From Paragordius varius (lineage: Eukaryota > Animalia > Nematomorpha): 64,000 bases of DNA. Position 1 is the stretch's first letter. The number at the start of each line of letters is the position of its first letter. The stretch is taken from positions 6,944,001 through 7,008,000 of the forward strand of contig OZ176052.1 of NCBI GenBank assembly GCA_964247055.1. The letters run 5' to 3'. The notes below the pieces were generated by a model that worked only from the letters and a program-made list of their open reading frames with translations, ran no database searches and had not been told where the DNA came from. Both the position numbers and the translations under genes were made by a program. Positions 1-14,983 of the stretch are shown one piece after another.

Positions 1-3000
1 TATTTTCAACAATCAATATGTATTACCCATTAATATTTTAGTATTTCCAACAATCAACCAAATATTTTCAACAATCAATATGTATTAACCATTAATATTT
101 TAATCTTTCCAACAATCAACCATATATTTTCAACAATCAATATGTATTACCCATTAATATTTTAGTCTTTCCAACAATTAACCAAATATTTTCAACAATC
201 AATATGTATTACCCATTAATATTTTAGTATTTCCAACAATCAACCAAATTCAACAATCAATATGTATTAACCATTAATATTTTAGTCTTTCCAACAATCA
301 ACCATATATTTTCAACAAACAAATTATATCTCCCATTAATATTTTAGTCTTTCCAACAATCAACCAAATATTTTCAACAATCAATATGTATTACCCATTA
401 ATATTTTAGTCTTTTCAACAATCAACCAAATATTTTCAACAATCAATATGTATTACCCATCAATATTTTAGTCTTTTCAACAATCAAACATATATTTTCA
501 ACAATCAAATTATATCACCATTAATATTTTAGTCTTTCCAACAATCAACCATATATTTTCAACAATCAATATGTATTACCCATCAATATTTTAGTCTTTT
601 CAACAATCAAACATATATTTTCAACAAACAAATTATATCACCCAGTAATATTTTAGTATTTCCAACAATCAACCAAATATTTTCAACAAATATGTATTAC
701 CCATAATATTTTAGTCTTTCCAACAATCAACCATATATATTCAACAATCAAATTATATCACCATTAATATTTTAGTCTTTCCAACAATCAACCATATATT
801 TTCAACAATCAATATGTATTACCCATTAATATTTTAGTCTTTCCAACAATTAACCAAATATTTTCAACAATCAATATGTATTACCCATTAATATTTTAGT
901 CTTTTCAACAATCAACCAAATATTTTCAACAATCAATATGTATTACCCATCAATATTTTAGTCTTTTCAACAATCAAACATATATTTTCAACAATCAAAT
1001 TATATCACCATTAATATTTTAGTCTTTCCAACAATCAACCATATATTTTCAACAATCAATATGTATTACCCATCAATATTTTAGTCTTTTCAACAATCAA
1101 ACATATATTTTCAACAAACAAATTATATCACCCAGTAATATTTTAGTATTTCCAACAATCAACCAAATATTTTCAACAAATATGTATTACCCATAATATT
1201 TTAGTCTTTCCAACAATCAACCATATATATTCAACAATCAAATTATATCACCATTAATATTTTAGTCTTTCCAACAATCAACCATATATTTTCAACAATC
1301 AATATGTATTACCCATTAATATTTTAGTCTTTCCAACAATCAACCAAATATTTTCAACAATCAATATGTATTACCCATTAATATTTTAGTTTTTTCAACA
1401 ATCAACCATATATTTTCAACAATCAAATTATATCACCCATTAATATTTTAGTATTTCCAACAATCAACCAAATATTTTCAACAATCAATATGTATTACCC
1501 ATTAATATTTTAGTCTTTCCAACAATCAACCATATATTTTCAACAATTAAATTATATCACCATTAATATTTTAGTCTTTCCAACAATCAACGATATATTT
1601 TCAACAATCAATATGTATTACCCATTAATATTTTAGTCTTTCCAACAATCAACAATATAATTTCAACAATCAATATGTATTACCCATTATTTTAGTTTTT
1701 CCAACAATCAACCAAATATTTTCAACAATCAATATGTATTACCCATTAATATTTTAGTTTTTTCAACAATCAACCATATATTTTCAACAATCAAATTATA
1801 TCACCCATTAATATTTTAGTATTTCCAACAATCAACCAAATATTTTCAACAATCAATATGTATTACCCATTAATATTTTAGTCTTTCCAACAATCAACCA
1901 TATATTTTCAACAATTAAATTATATCACCATTAATATTTTAGTCTTTCCAACAATCAACCATATATTTGTAATCAAATATTTGCAACAATCATTTTATAC
2001 CACCCATTTATATTTAATTAATCAAACAATCAACCATATATTTTTAACAATCAAAATTTATCACCATTAATATTTTAGTCTTTCCAACAATCAACCATAT
2101 ATTTTCAACAATCAATATGGTTTACCCATTAATATTTTAGTCTTTCCAACAATCAACCATATATTTTCAACAATCAATATGTATTACCCATTAATATTTT
2201 AGTCTTTCCAACAATTAACCAAATATTTTCAACAATCAATATGTATTACCCATTAATATTTTAGTATTTCCAACAATCAACCAAATATTTTCAACAATCA
2301 ATATGTATTAACCATTAATATTTTAGTCTTTCCAACAATCAACCATATATTTTCAACAAACAAATTATATCTCCCATTAATATTTTAGTCTTTCCAACAA
2401 TCAACCAAATATTTTCAACAATCAATATGTATTACCCATTAATATTTTAGTCTTTTCAACAATCAACCAAATATTTTCAACAATCAATATGTATTACCCA
2501 TCAATATTTTAGTCTTTTCAACAATCAAACATATATTTTCAACAATCAAATTATATCACCATTAATATTTTAGTCTTTCCAACAATCAACCATATATTTT
2601 CAACAATCAATATGTATTACCCATCAATATTTTAGTCTTTTCAACAATCAAACATATATTTTCAACAAACAAATTATATCACCCAGTAATATTTTAGTAT
2701 TTCCAACAATCAACCAAATATTTTCAACAAATATGTATTACCCATAATATTTTAGTCTTTCCAACAATCAACCATATATATTCAACAATCAAATTATATC
2801 ACCATTAATATTTTAGTCTTTCCAACAATCAACCATATATTTTCAACAATCAATATGTATTACCCATTAATATTTTAGTCTTTCCAACAATTAACCAAAT
2901 ATTTTCAACAATCAATATGTATTACCCATTAATATTTTAGTCTTTTCAACAATCAACCAAATATTTTCAACAATCAATATGTATTACCCATCAATATTTT

Positions 3001-6000
3001 AGTCTTTTCAACAATCAAACATATATTTTCAACAATCAAATTATATCACCATTAATATTTTAGTCTTTCCAACAATCAACCATATATTTTCAACAATCAA
3101 TATGTATTACCCATCAATATTTTAGTCTTTTCAACAATCAAACATATATTTTCAACAAACAAATTATATCACCCAGTAATATTTTAGTATTTCCAACAAT
3201 CAACCAAATATTTTCAACAAATATGTATTACCCATAATATTTTAGTCTTTCCAACAATCAACCATATATATTCAACAATCAAATTATATCACCATTAATA
3301 TTTTAGTCTTTCCAACAATCAACCATATATTTTCAACAATCAATATGTATTACCCATTAATATTTTAGTCTTTCCAACAATCAACCAAATATTTTCAACA
3401 ATCAATATGTATTACCCATTAATATTTTAGTTTTTTCAACAATCAACCATATATTTTCAACAATCAAATTATATCACCCATTAATATTTTAGTATTTCCA
3501 ACAATCAACCAAATATTTTCAACAATCAATATGTATTACCCATTAATATTTTAGTCTTTCCAACAATCAACCATATATTTTCAACAATTAAATTATATCA
3601 CCATTAATATTTTAGTCTTTCCAACAATCAACGATATATTTTCAACAATCAATATGTATTACCCATTAATATTTTAGTCTTTCCAACAATCAACAATATA
3701 ATTTCAACAATCAATATGTATTACCCATTATTTTAGTTTTTCCAACAATCAACCAAATATTTTCAACAATCAATATGTATTACCCATTAATATTTTAGTT
3801 TTTTCAACAATCAACCATATATTTTCAACAATCAAATTATATCACCCATTAATATTTTAGTATTTCCAACAATCAACCAAATATTTTCAACAATCAATAT
3901 GTATTACCCATTAATATTTTAGTCTTTCCAACAATCAACCATATATTTTCAACAATTAAATTATATCACCATTAATATTTTAGTCTTTCCAACAATCAAC
4001 CATATATTTGTAATCAAATATTTGCAACAATCATTTTATACCACCCATTTATATTTAATTAATCAAACAATCAACCATATATTTTTAACAATCAAAATTT
4101 ATCACCATTAATATTTTAGTCTTTCCAACAATCAACCATATATTTTCAACAATCAATATGGTTTACCCATTAATATTTTAGTCTTTCCAACAATCAACCA
4201 TATATTTTCAACAATCAATATGTATTACCCATTAATATTTTAGTCTTTCCAACAATTAACCAAATATTTTCAACAATCAATATGTATTACCCATCAATAT
4301 TTTAGTTTTTTCAACAATCAAACATATATTTTCAACAAACAAATTATATCACCATTAATATTTTAGTCTTTCCAACAATCAACCATATATTTTCAACAAT
4401 CAATATCGTTTACCCATTAATATTTTAGTCTTTTCAACAATCACCATATATTTTCAACAATCAAAATTTATCACCATATAATATTTTAGTCTTTCCAACA
4501 ATCAACCATATATTTTCAACAATCAATATCGTTTACCCATTAATATTTTCGTCTTTCCAACAATCAACCATATATTTTCAACAATCAAATTATATCACCA
4601 TTAATATTTTAGTCTTTCCAACAATCAACCATATATTTTCAACAATCAATATGGTTTACCCATTAATATTTTAGTCTTTCCAACAATCAACCATATATTT
4701 TCAACAATCAATATGTATTACCCATTAATATTTTAGTCTTTCCAACAATTTACCAAATATTTTCAACAATCAATATGTATTACCCATCAATATTTTAGTT
4801 TTTTCAACAATCAAACATATATTTTCAACAAACAAATTATATCACCCAGTAGTATTTTAGTATTTCCAACAATCAACCAAATATTTTCAACAAATATGTA
4901 TTACCCATAATATTTTAGTCTTTCCAACAATCAACCATATATATTCAACAAATTATATCACCATTAATATTTTAGTCTTTCCAACAATCAACCATATATT
5001 TTCAACAATCAATATGTATTACCCATTAATATTTTAGTCTTTCCAACAATCAACCAAATATTTTTAACAATCAATATGTATTAACCATTAATATTTTAGC
5101 CTTTCCAACAATCAACCATATACTTTCGACAATCAAATTATATCACCATTAATATTTTAGTCTTTTCAACTATCAACCATATATTTTCAACAATCAAATT
5201 ATATCACCATTAATATTTAATCTTTCCATCAATCAACCATATATTTTCAACAATCAATATGTATTACCCATTAATATTTTAGTCTTTCTAACAATCAACC
5301 ATATATTTTCAACAGTCAATATGTATTACCCATTAATATTTTTGTATTTTCAACAATCAACCATATATTTTCTACAATCAAATTATATCACCCATTAATA
5401 TTTTATTTCCAACAATCAACCAAATATTTTCAACAATCCATATGTATTTCCCATTAATATTTTAGTCTTTTCAACCATCAACCAAATATTTTCAACAATC
5501 AAATTATATCACCTATTAATGTTTTAGTCTTTCCAACAATCAACCATATATTTGTAAAAATCAAATATTTGCAACAATCATTTTATATTACCCATTTATA
5601 TTTAATTATTCAAACAATCAACCATATATATTCATCAATCAATATGTATTACCCATTAATATTATAGTCTTTTTAACAATCAACCATATATTTTCATCAA
5701 TCAAATTATATCACCATTAATATTTTAGTCTTTCCAACAATCAACCAAATATTTTCAACAATCAATATGTATCCATTAATATTTTAGTCTTTCCAGCAAT
5801 CAACCATATATTTTCAACAATCAATATGTATCCATTAATATTTTAGTCTTTCCAACAATCAACCATATATTTTTAACAATCAAATTATATCACCATTAAT
5901 ATTTTAGTCTTTCCAACAATCACCCAAATATATATAACAATCATTTTATATTACACATTAAGATTTAATTATTCAAACAATCAACCATATATTTGCAAGA

Positions 6001-6464
6001 ATCAAATTACATCACCCATTAATATTTAATTTTTCCAACAATCAGCCAAATATTTATAACAATTAAATAATATTTGCAAATCATTTTATATCACCCATTA
6101 ATAATTAACTATTGCAACAATAATCATATATTTTCAGCAATGAATTTGTATAACCCATTAATATTTTAGTCTTTCCAATCACCTAAATATTTATAACAAT
6201 CACTTTATATCACCCATTGAGATTTAATTATTTCAACAATCAACCATATATTTTCAACAATCAATATGTATTACCCATTAATATTTTAGTCTTCCCAACA
6301 ATCACCCATATGTTATAACAATCATTTTATATCACCCATTAATATTTAATTATTAAAACAATCAACCATATATTTTCAACAATCAATATGTATTACCCAT
6401 TAATATTTTAGTCTTTCCAAAAATAAACCAAATATTTGTAACAATCAAATATTTGCAACAATCA
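1..6464. repeat. Satellite DNA array, ~62-bp monomer, with higher-order repeats; extends beyond the left window edge
   Basis: Monomer TATTTTCAACAATCAATATGTATTACCCATTAATATTTTAGT(C/A)TTTCCAACAATCAACCA(A/T)A recurs at 1, 63, ...; about 100 copies; near-identical blocks at offsets 368, 490 and 2041; degenerates progressively from ~5.1 kb to 6.46 kb. Confidence 0.98.
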
Positions 6465-7426
6465 TTAGGCTTAATAAATGATATTTACCATTATTTGACA
6501 AAATATATTTAATCATAAAAAAAGTAGAAAAATTATGTCAAACAAAGAGCCCCGTTAATAAAACCCAAACATATGTGCCATATATTCTGAAGTTCAAGGC
6601 TATTGTATTTGGACAAGTTGACCATATTTAGTATTTAAAGCTCTTTTTAATAGATAATCAAGATGGTTTTTGATGGATATAGAGTTATATTTATTAATAA
6701 TTTTTTTACATACAATAGTGAGTGTGCTGTGATTAGTTTTTAATTTTAATATCTCTAAAATCTATATTCACATATAAAAATAAATAATTTGTTTACGCTT
6801 TGCCATAATTATAATAATAATAATATTAATATTTAACTAGTTGTTATTATTATACATACATATGAATCAATAATAAAGATAATATAAAATTAAGTATATT
6901 CACAGATTTTTTCAAAATAATTGGCTATTACAAAAATAATGTATAAAGGAATATCAACATTTGTGTGTCGTCATATAGAGATTGTCAAAATTTTAACAAA
7001 TTAAATAAATTATTATTATGATCCATTGTAAAGAAATTTTAAATAGAGAAGACTTATTTTGCATTGTAGGAAATATGCTGCTTGCATGTCATACATACTT
7101 TTAAGAAAATTAATGTTTTAAGATAATATCCTAAAATTATATTGACTAGAAATCAGTTTTCTATATATTACAATTAAAATATTGCACCCAATTCAATATT
7201 AAGTATATTCTAAAACAGTGTATATTCTAAAACGGTAAATTGTCAATTATAATGAAATTAGTTTCAAATGGGCGTTTGCAAATCTCTGTAAGGCTCAGAA
7301 AATATAAAGATTCACCTGTTTGATTCTAGATAATTAATTAAGTATGAAGAGTTATTCTTGAATTTTGGAATTTTATCCAAATTCACTATAAAAATTTAAT
7401 GCATGATTTAAATTTCTATTAATTAT

Positions 7427-8301
7427 TTAAAATGCGTCTAGCATTTCGACAAATAGCTTCCTCAAACAAACTTTCCCTTCTTTTTTAATTCTATTCCAAA
7501 AGTTACGAGATTCGATGTCTAATTGACGTAGATAGGGTAGACACAAAAGTATCTAAACAATAAAATATAATTATATAAATAATTTGGATTGTAATGTTAA
7601 AATTTTCACATTACATAGTGCAGCATATTGATGGTAAAACCACCATGATAAAACATACTAACGACTTTCAAAAAAATCATAATGCCACTATTTGAAAAAC
7701 TTACAATTTTAGAAGTTTTAGTAATATTACTCACATGTAGCCTAAAAACTCTTGGATAAACCTGTTAAAAAGTATCCAATGAACCAAACCATGATAAGTT
7801 AGATCATGCCATTAAAATAATCGAAAAACATACTTAAAATTAAATTTTGACATACACATCATTAAATAGTTTTTTTACCTCAGGTAAAAATATACCTTTA
7901 TGTGTAAAATCAAAAGACATATTGATAAAATAATTATCTACAAGTGATATTAGCGAAATAAGTATTTTCTATATAGTGTTGCGCCTTAGTGTGGTTTGCA
8001 CATAAAATCTGGAAAATTAAGTCAACACCTGAAAATTATTGCATAGTATTATCATAAGTAAACGCATGACAATTTTATAAATAAAAAGGCACATATTTTA
8101 AATAAAGCGCTACACCACATAGTTTTGTAAATTTTGATCAATTGGCCTTTTGTATCATAGTGTTACAAAAAAAGATAATTACCTTGCTGACGCGGTATGG
8201 ATCTGTACATTTGGATGCAATAATAACATGATTTAAGCAATCTAATAGGTTCTTTCGTAGTTTGGAAATGTTAGAGATACCTTGTATTTTGCTTAAGCCC
8301 T
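7427..8301 (-). CDS. ERR: ERR exons 7-8: LBD H9-H12/AF-2 (absent from ORF track)
   Basis: 8301-8183 ([40 protein letters not shown]) and 7552-7427 ([41 protein letters not shown]). Confidence 0.92.
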
Positions 8302-11300
8302 CTGTGTGCAAATGTATATAAATTATTATATTTCTAATACCCTTTGGTATAAATTACAATTTGCATATACAGTCATGTATCCTTTGTTTTATCAAAAATT
8401 TATTTATTTTCGTTAAATGGGTATAAATATTTGGTAAAGAATGGAAAAAACAAGAGCTCTATGGTATTAACAAACAATTTCATATTTATCAAAAAAGTAT
8501 AAGAATTACCTGCTCTTGTTTTTTCCATTCATTACCAAATATTTATACCCATTTAACGAAAAAAAAATTTGATAAAATTAAGGTTACATTACTGTATAGT
8601 ATGCATTTTAATGGTTGCTTATTTCACATTATAGGGTTGCAACACTGAGTATGGAAAAAAGAAAGGACCACTACTGTGTTGCAAATTGCCCAACTATAGT
8701 GTAAAATAAGCAACCATTAAAATGCATGCTGTATATATAATATAGACCAGATAAGAATTATTATCGGATCTATAACTTATGTTGCGATAATATTTAAAAG
8801 TTTTTTTTGATTAATAAGTTGTATAAGGTTGGGTTAGACCGGTGATAAATGTAATGACCGTAACTCAAAGCCTTTTGAATAACCAATGAAAGTTTAACAT
8901 TTGTTTACATTATATAATATAAAATATATAAAAATGGTGTCAAATAAATGAGTTTGTGATTAAAATTTATAAATTTTGTTAATTGTTTATAACAATTGCT
9001 ATTTCAGCTAATCTCATGCATAGCTCTTTGGGTCGCCGTTATTTGCTGCATTTAAAAGCGCCGTTTATTAATTTGGATCGATCGAAAACCCAATTCTTAT
9101 ATTAAGTTGATGAATTTTAGAAAAATAACACATACCTGTATTACATACTAATAAAGCTTTGAGCAATATGTATTCATCTCGACTAAGTTTGCAAAGATTG
9201 ATTTCAAAAATTTTGACTGTTTCACTTATGAGAGTCATAAAATCTTGCATAGGGGTTAGACTCCAATCCGATTTTACTAAGCTATATTGGGGCGAAAAAT
9301 GCAAACGTCCATTGTATGGTAAGGATCGGTATATAAATGTTAGAAGTAACATTTCATTCCAGGAATAATGGAATAACAAAATTTGATCATTGAGAGATAA
9401 CTTGGAAAAATCTATATAATTAATTATAATGTATATGCAACGAATATTTTTAATAGATGGTCAATTAACACCAAAAAGCATTCGTATATAATAATATTTG
9501 GCTGAAACAATAAACAAAAGTATTTGTTCAAATTTATAAAAATAGAGTTTATATAGTCATTTTTGTTAAAGGGTAAGAACTTAAATTGTATTAGGATATT
9601 TATAAGTTTTAACACTCACCAGCCACGATGAATATATTATATTTATGTCTAAATGAACAAACCTGGTAACTGCTTGGCCCATGTTACCATGGCAACTAAT
9701 TCAGTATCAGCGATAGCACTAATAATATTAAGGTGATCGTAATGGGACTTGGCAGTTTCGGATGCATTTGTTGGCAATATGGTATTAATTGCATTCTCAT
9801 TGCTATCATCATATAAATTATGTGGTTGGATATGATTGAGATAACTTATTAAGTTCAATTCTAAAAAAGAACAAATATCATATATAGGTAAAATTAATGA
9901 GTTTTTTTAAAAATTGTTCTGTTAGACTATATGCATACTGAAGTAATTTGAACGACAATATGGAGGTTAAGAAATGGACATAAATGTTTAACAAAAAATA
10001 TAGGCCAAAAACTAGTGTCTGAGTTCAAAACCTTCGAGGAGTTGGGCTCCCGAAATTTTGATAATTTTTACTTAAGTGAACAGGGGTACAGTCCTAAGCA
10101 TATGAAATAAACGAATTTAAATAGAACGACCCATTTCTCGAGACAATGCGCTGCTAGAAAAACAATCTAATATTATATACTTTCCGAAAAATTAGTTTAA
10201 ATTTTTTTAAGGACTTTGATTTTGTGGGAAGCGACATAGGACATATTTGGAAGGGTCGAATATGCTTGGTGATATAAATTAAAAAAACGCTTTTATTCTT
10301 AAACGGGTTTGTCCGTTTTTTAAAAATTGTTTTAACGACACGATTAAATAATTATTTTTCAAAATTCCATATTTTTGCACGGAGTACCGATCATGCTATA
10401 TAAATGTGGCTTGAATACAATATTTAGATAACAATTTAATATAAAAGATATGTATAAAAATGTTTTTACCACAATAGCTCGGAAATTTAGAGGTGGTAGG
10501 GTAACTTATATTTTTAACATATATCAAATCACTTTTTTAATCAAATTATGGCTATATAACTCAATCAATCAACATGTCGTTAATAAATTAAAAATACCAA
10601 TCATATTAATTAATGATAGATAAAATATAAAATTATAGTAACTTACCATCTTGATAATTTTTCTTGCTGGCAAACGGAGAACAATATACGTTGGGATAGC
10701 CACGGCCGTATTTTTGTCTTCCGCCTCGAACTCGATCCAATCTGACTCCTATCCGTATAAATTATTTATAAATTGAGCCTTTTTAAACTGATATTGGTAT
10801 TTAAAAAAGGCTATAAGCGTGCTTTGGTTGTATGAACTTGCGAATTAATAAACATTTTAGTGTAATAAGCTCTCCTTCATAATTGGACCTTAAATAAACA
10901 ATGACTATCATCCAATTAGTGGATGCTCTTTTCCAGCTCACGTTTTAAAATGACCTACTCCTTAAAAGTCAATCCGCTAAAAGTGGCCATTTTAAAGTTA
11001 AAATATTTTTTTATCTTTTAATCGTTTTATTATATAATATTTTACATAAATTTTAAAGATTACTGCAAATATAATTTATTTTTTAATAATGAATCGCATT
11101 TTTTGCCCACACGCCTATTTGAAAAATTAATCGGCATTTATTCAATAGACAAAATTTGTACAACACTTGATAAATATCCAGCTATTATTCCTACATTATT
11201 GTATATGGAGGAAATATCGATTTATAATAATAATGTAAAATTTTAATGCTCATGAGTGTTTTTTCTACGAAAGCATGCATGAAAAAACAATTTATTATAA

Positions 11301-14300
11301 AGTCAAAACCATATAAATTCCAATTTCGTTTCTTTGTTACACTATAATATGATTCAAGGTTAAGCGTTATTAAGATTTTGGTAAAATTTTATACAGGGCA
11401 TAATATATATCTATATTTAATTTAATGCACGTAAATTTTTTGTGAAATCACAAAAATTAAGTTCTATTTCATAAATATTAAAAAAGTACTCTAAAATTTT
11501 TACTAAAATTAGGGTTGTTGAATATTACGATTATTTTATGCGGCACTTAAATGTGAGAGATGTAGTCCATTAAAGCTTTGATATATACCATTTTTTATAT
11601 AATAATATGCGACTATATATTGACATTTTATTTAAATCTTTAATAAATTAATATTAAACTTAAAGACTGCTAAATCTTCCCATGATTGTAAAAACACATT
11701 ACTTTTTTAATTGACACAATTTTTTTTAAAATTTTAATAGATATAAAAATTAAAATGCATTTTCCATGATTGATATTACAAGAATATACATCCTATGTAA
11801 AAAGGATTCCTTTTATACTTCTACAAATACTTTGAGTAATTTGTTCATAAAAATTTGAAATAGTAAACAGCTCAGGTTCGGTTTTCATTTACTTTAATAT
11901 ATCTGATAAATAGGGCTACTAACCTTCTCGCAGCATGCCAACATGAAAGCATTTTTGCAATCGACATGCCTGACAAGCTTTCCTTCTGCGCTTTGAGATT
12001 TCGCAATTGTCATTGAGCAAACAGCGGTATTCAATGTTACCTTGAATGGTGCGTTTGAAAAAGGCTTTACATGCCTCACAAGACGCTACACCATAATGAA
12101 AACCTGAAGAGATGTCCCCACACACAAGGCAAAGCGTGTTACCCGTGCTTGAATTTGCAGGGGAGCTTTGAACAACATCTTTTATGATATGTTGATAAAT
12201 AAACTTAATTTATTATATAACGATGAAAGTTTTCAGTTGATAAGGGCTTATTTATGTTAGGGATGTGCAGTTTTAAATTTCAATAACGGTTTAAATTTAG
12301 TTAAGTTAATTGTCTGAAATATAACAATTTACGCGAGCATAATTCTAATTAAAAAATGTCATATAATTTCTTAAAGTAAATGAAAATAAATTTATTTAGA
12401 TCTTTTATCAAACCTATTGGGTCCTCTATATAAATCGAAACACAAGTGCCAACATATTATAATGAAAACTTAAATATATTATTTAATATAATTACAAAGA
12501 CAAACAACCAAATAGTTTCTCTGTAGAAATGGGAAAAATATACAAACAATTTTTTTAATCTAGCTCCAACGCCACTTTATTATCTTTACGGTTCCCAAAG
12601 TGGCTATTTTGGGTTTGAGATAAAAATGAAGTTTTTCAAAACCATCCGAAAAGGGTAGGTCTTTAGGTTTAGCTAAGATATTTTTTAATTTGTACCATGA
12701 TTTATTGAGTTCAGAACCAGCTCGGATACATTTAGAGAAGCGGTTAAATAAATATTGAGAAGTTTACCTAAAAAATACGCGTATTACCTTAGAGTAACTT
12801 ATAACAAAAATATGTACCAATATGAACATATACAGCCATAATTTTAGAAAAAAATACCTCAATCACCAAAAACTATTCTACCAACCATGTTACTTAAATT
12901 TGTCAAAATCAAATACAAAACAATTTTTCTTTCATATAAAATATATTATATTTTAAAAAAAACTATACGTACTATGGTTTGCGTCATTTTTGTGATTTTG
13001 TATTTTAAAGGCAGTAATCCCATTCGATGATGTATATTGATTATCCGGCATGTTAATATTATCATTAGTTTCATTAGCTTTCACAAATAAATGTTGGTAA
13101 TTATTCAAGGGATTCGTCGTGCTTAAAATAATAGATGCAGGAGACAACGAATTTTCACGATTAAAATTGCTGCTATACAATGACAAATCTGGTGATAAGC
13201 TTTCAACACTAGATATTCGTACGTTGGAATCAGTAGATTTCGCATCATTATTATCTATCACATGCATATTATTATATGGAGGAGATTGGTGAATGGGATC
13301 CGTGTTAAATTTATCAACACGGAATTTTTTGCATTCATTAGAAGAGTTTAAATTGTTACATTTAGTAATAATATTTATAATATTATTGCTAGAGGATGTA
13401 AAGGAACCGAAATTAATGCTACGTAAACTAAGCTCACCGTTTCGTGCATTAACTGGTGGCTGATGGATAGTATTATTTGTCGTGTCTGATGAAGAGTAAA
13501 AATGACTATTTTTTACCTTTTCTGTATTATTGAATATTTTGGGGATATCATGATTGATAGATTCAGAACATGTTCCATTTTTTGCCTTTTGAGGAATTAA
13601 AATGGCATCCTTTTTATTATTTGTGCTACTATCAGGATATGAAAATAAATTGACTGAGGGTGCCTTATTTGGGTTATTGGAAAGAACGTTTGTTTCTTTA
13701 TACAGAGATGATGGTGGTTCAAAAACATCATCATCCCCAATACTCTCTTTTAATTTGCCATAGTTATTCCCATGGTTATTTAATTGAGTGTGTTGACCCA
13801 AAAGACCTCTGCTGCCATGCTTTACATTGTCAGATCCAATGAATGTTTCGTTATTATTAATGTTATTGTAGTCAGAATTCATTATTAAATGATCATAACT
13901 GTCAAAGTCTGTTGTGGCAGCCTCTTCAAAAAGGCAGTAGTCTGAACCAAATGCTTCTTTGAGGTATGAAATTCCATTCGACCCACTGGTAACCGTAGTG
14001 ACGTTTGAACAAGTCAAAGGAGAAATTACACACGCAGGCATTGTACTTGTGTGTGATGCCGTTATTGGTACAATCTCTAACGAATCATAGGCTGAAAGAT
14101 TGAATTTAAATTTTTCATCCTTATCACATTTCTCATGCTTTAAAACGTTGAGAGTTGTATTAGAATTACCATCTAATGCGGTTGGATTATTATTTATTAC
14201 AATGGATTTGCGTAAAAAATTTGGATTTAAATCACAGTCGTTGTTTGGAAATTTAGAATTAGTGTCGATTGTAGTAGTAAATGGAACTTTTGAATGAATG

Positions 14301-14934
14301 TTTTGAGGTTGATTAGTCAAATATTTATGAATGTGGTTTAAGCAATCATCAATCAAGTTATTATCATCAGCGCTCACAGATGGCGATGTACATGATTCAT
14401 TTGAAGGCTTGTCTATTTTCAATCTTTTAGGATTCGGTGGTGAAAACGAATTTTGGGTATTTAACGTATTTTTGAAAGCTATATAAAATTTTTAATTAAT
14501 AACTAGACAAATTAACAAGATGAAGCAATAAAAAATATGAACGAGGGAACGGTGAGATTAAATTTATGACATCTCGAACATTACTTAATTGAATCTGCTA
14601 TTTATATTTTGAATAATTTTAGACTAAAAAATTTAAATAATTAAGTTATTTTAATTAACAATATGGCTTAGTTATTTATCATAATCTTACAAAACTTATT
14701 CATAATCGCAAACTTTATGGATTTCACCCAAAATATTACGAGTAGGGTTAGTTTTTGACCGCTTATAATTAATGTTATTTAGCGTCATGATTATACGACA
14801 AATGCGAATATTGAATATACGATTAAAGACTATTAAAAATTGTTTCAATATTATTTTCATAATGAAAGCAAAAATTTTATAATTTTCAAGTTTCATTATT
14901 CACCAATATTAGTTTAACACAATATTTTATATTT

Positions 14935-14983
<49 letters not shown>

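Noticed and set aside
1-6464. CRISPR array
   Set aside because: No unique spacers; contiguous tandem monomers in a eukaryotic context, no cas genes.
9068-9135. ORF-track continuation of the LBD exon to a stop at 9068
   Set aside because: Intron read-through; the donor ACAG|gtatgt at 9136 leads to downstream H9-H12 exons.
11354-11362. ERR response element (TCAAGGTTA) suggesting autoregulation
   Set aside because: One mismatch to TCAAGGTCA; expected by chance in 64 kb.
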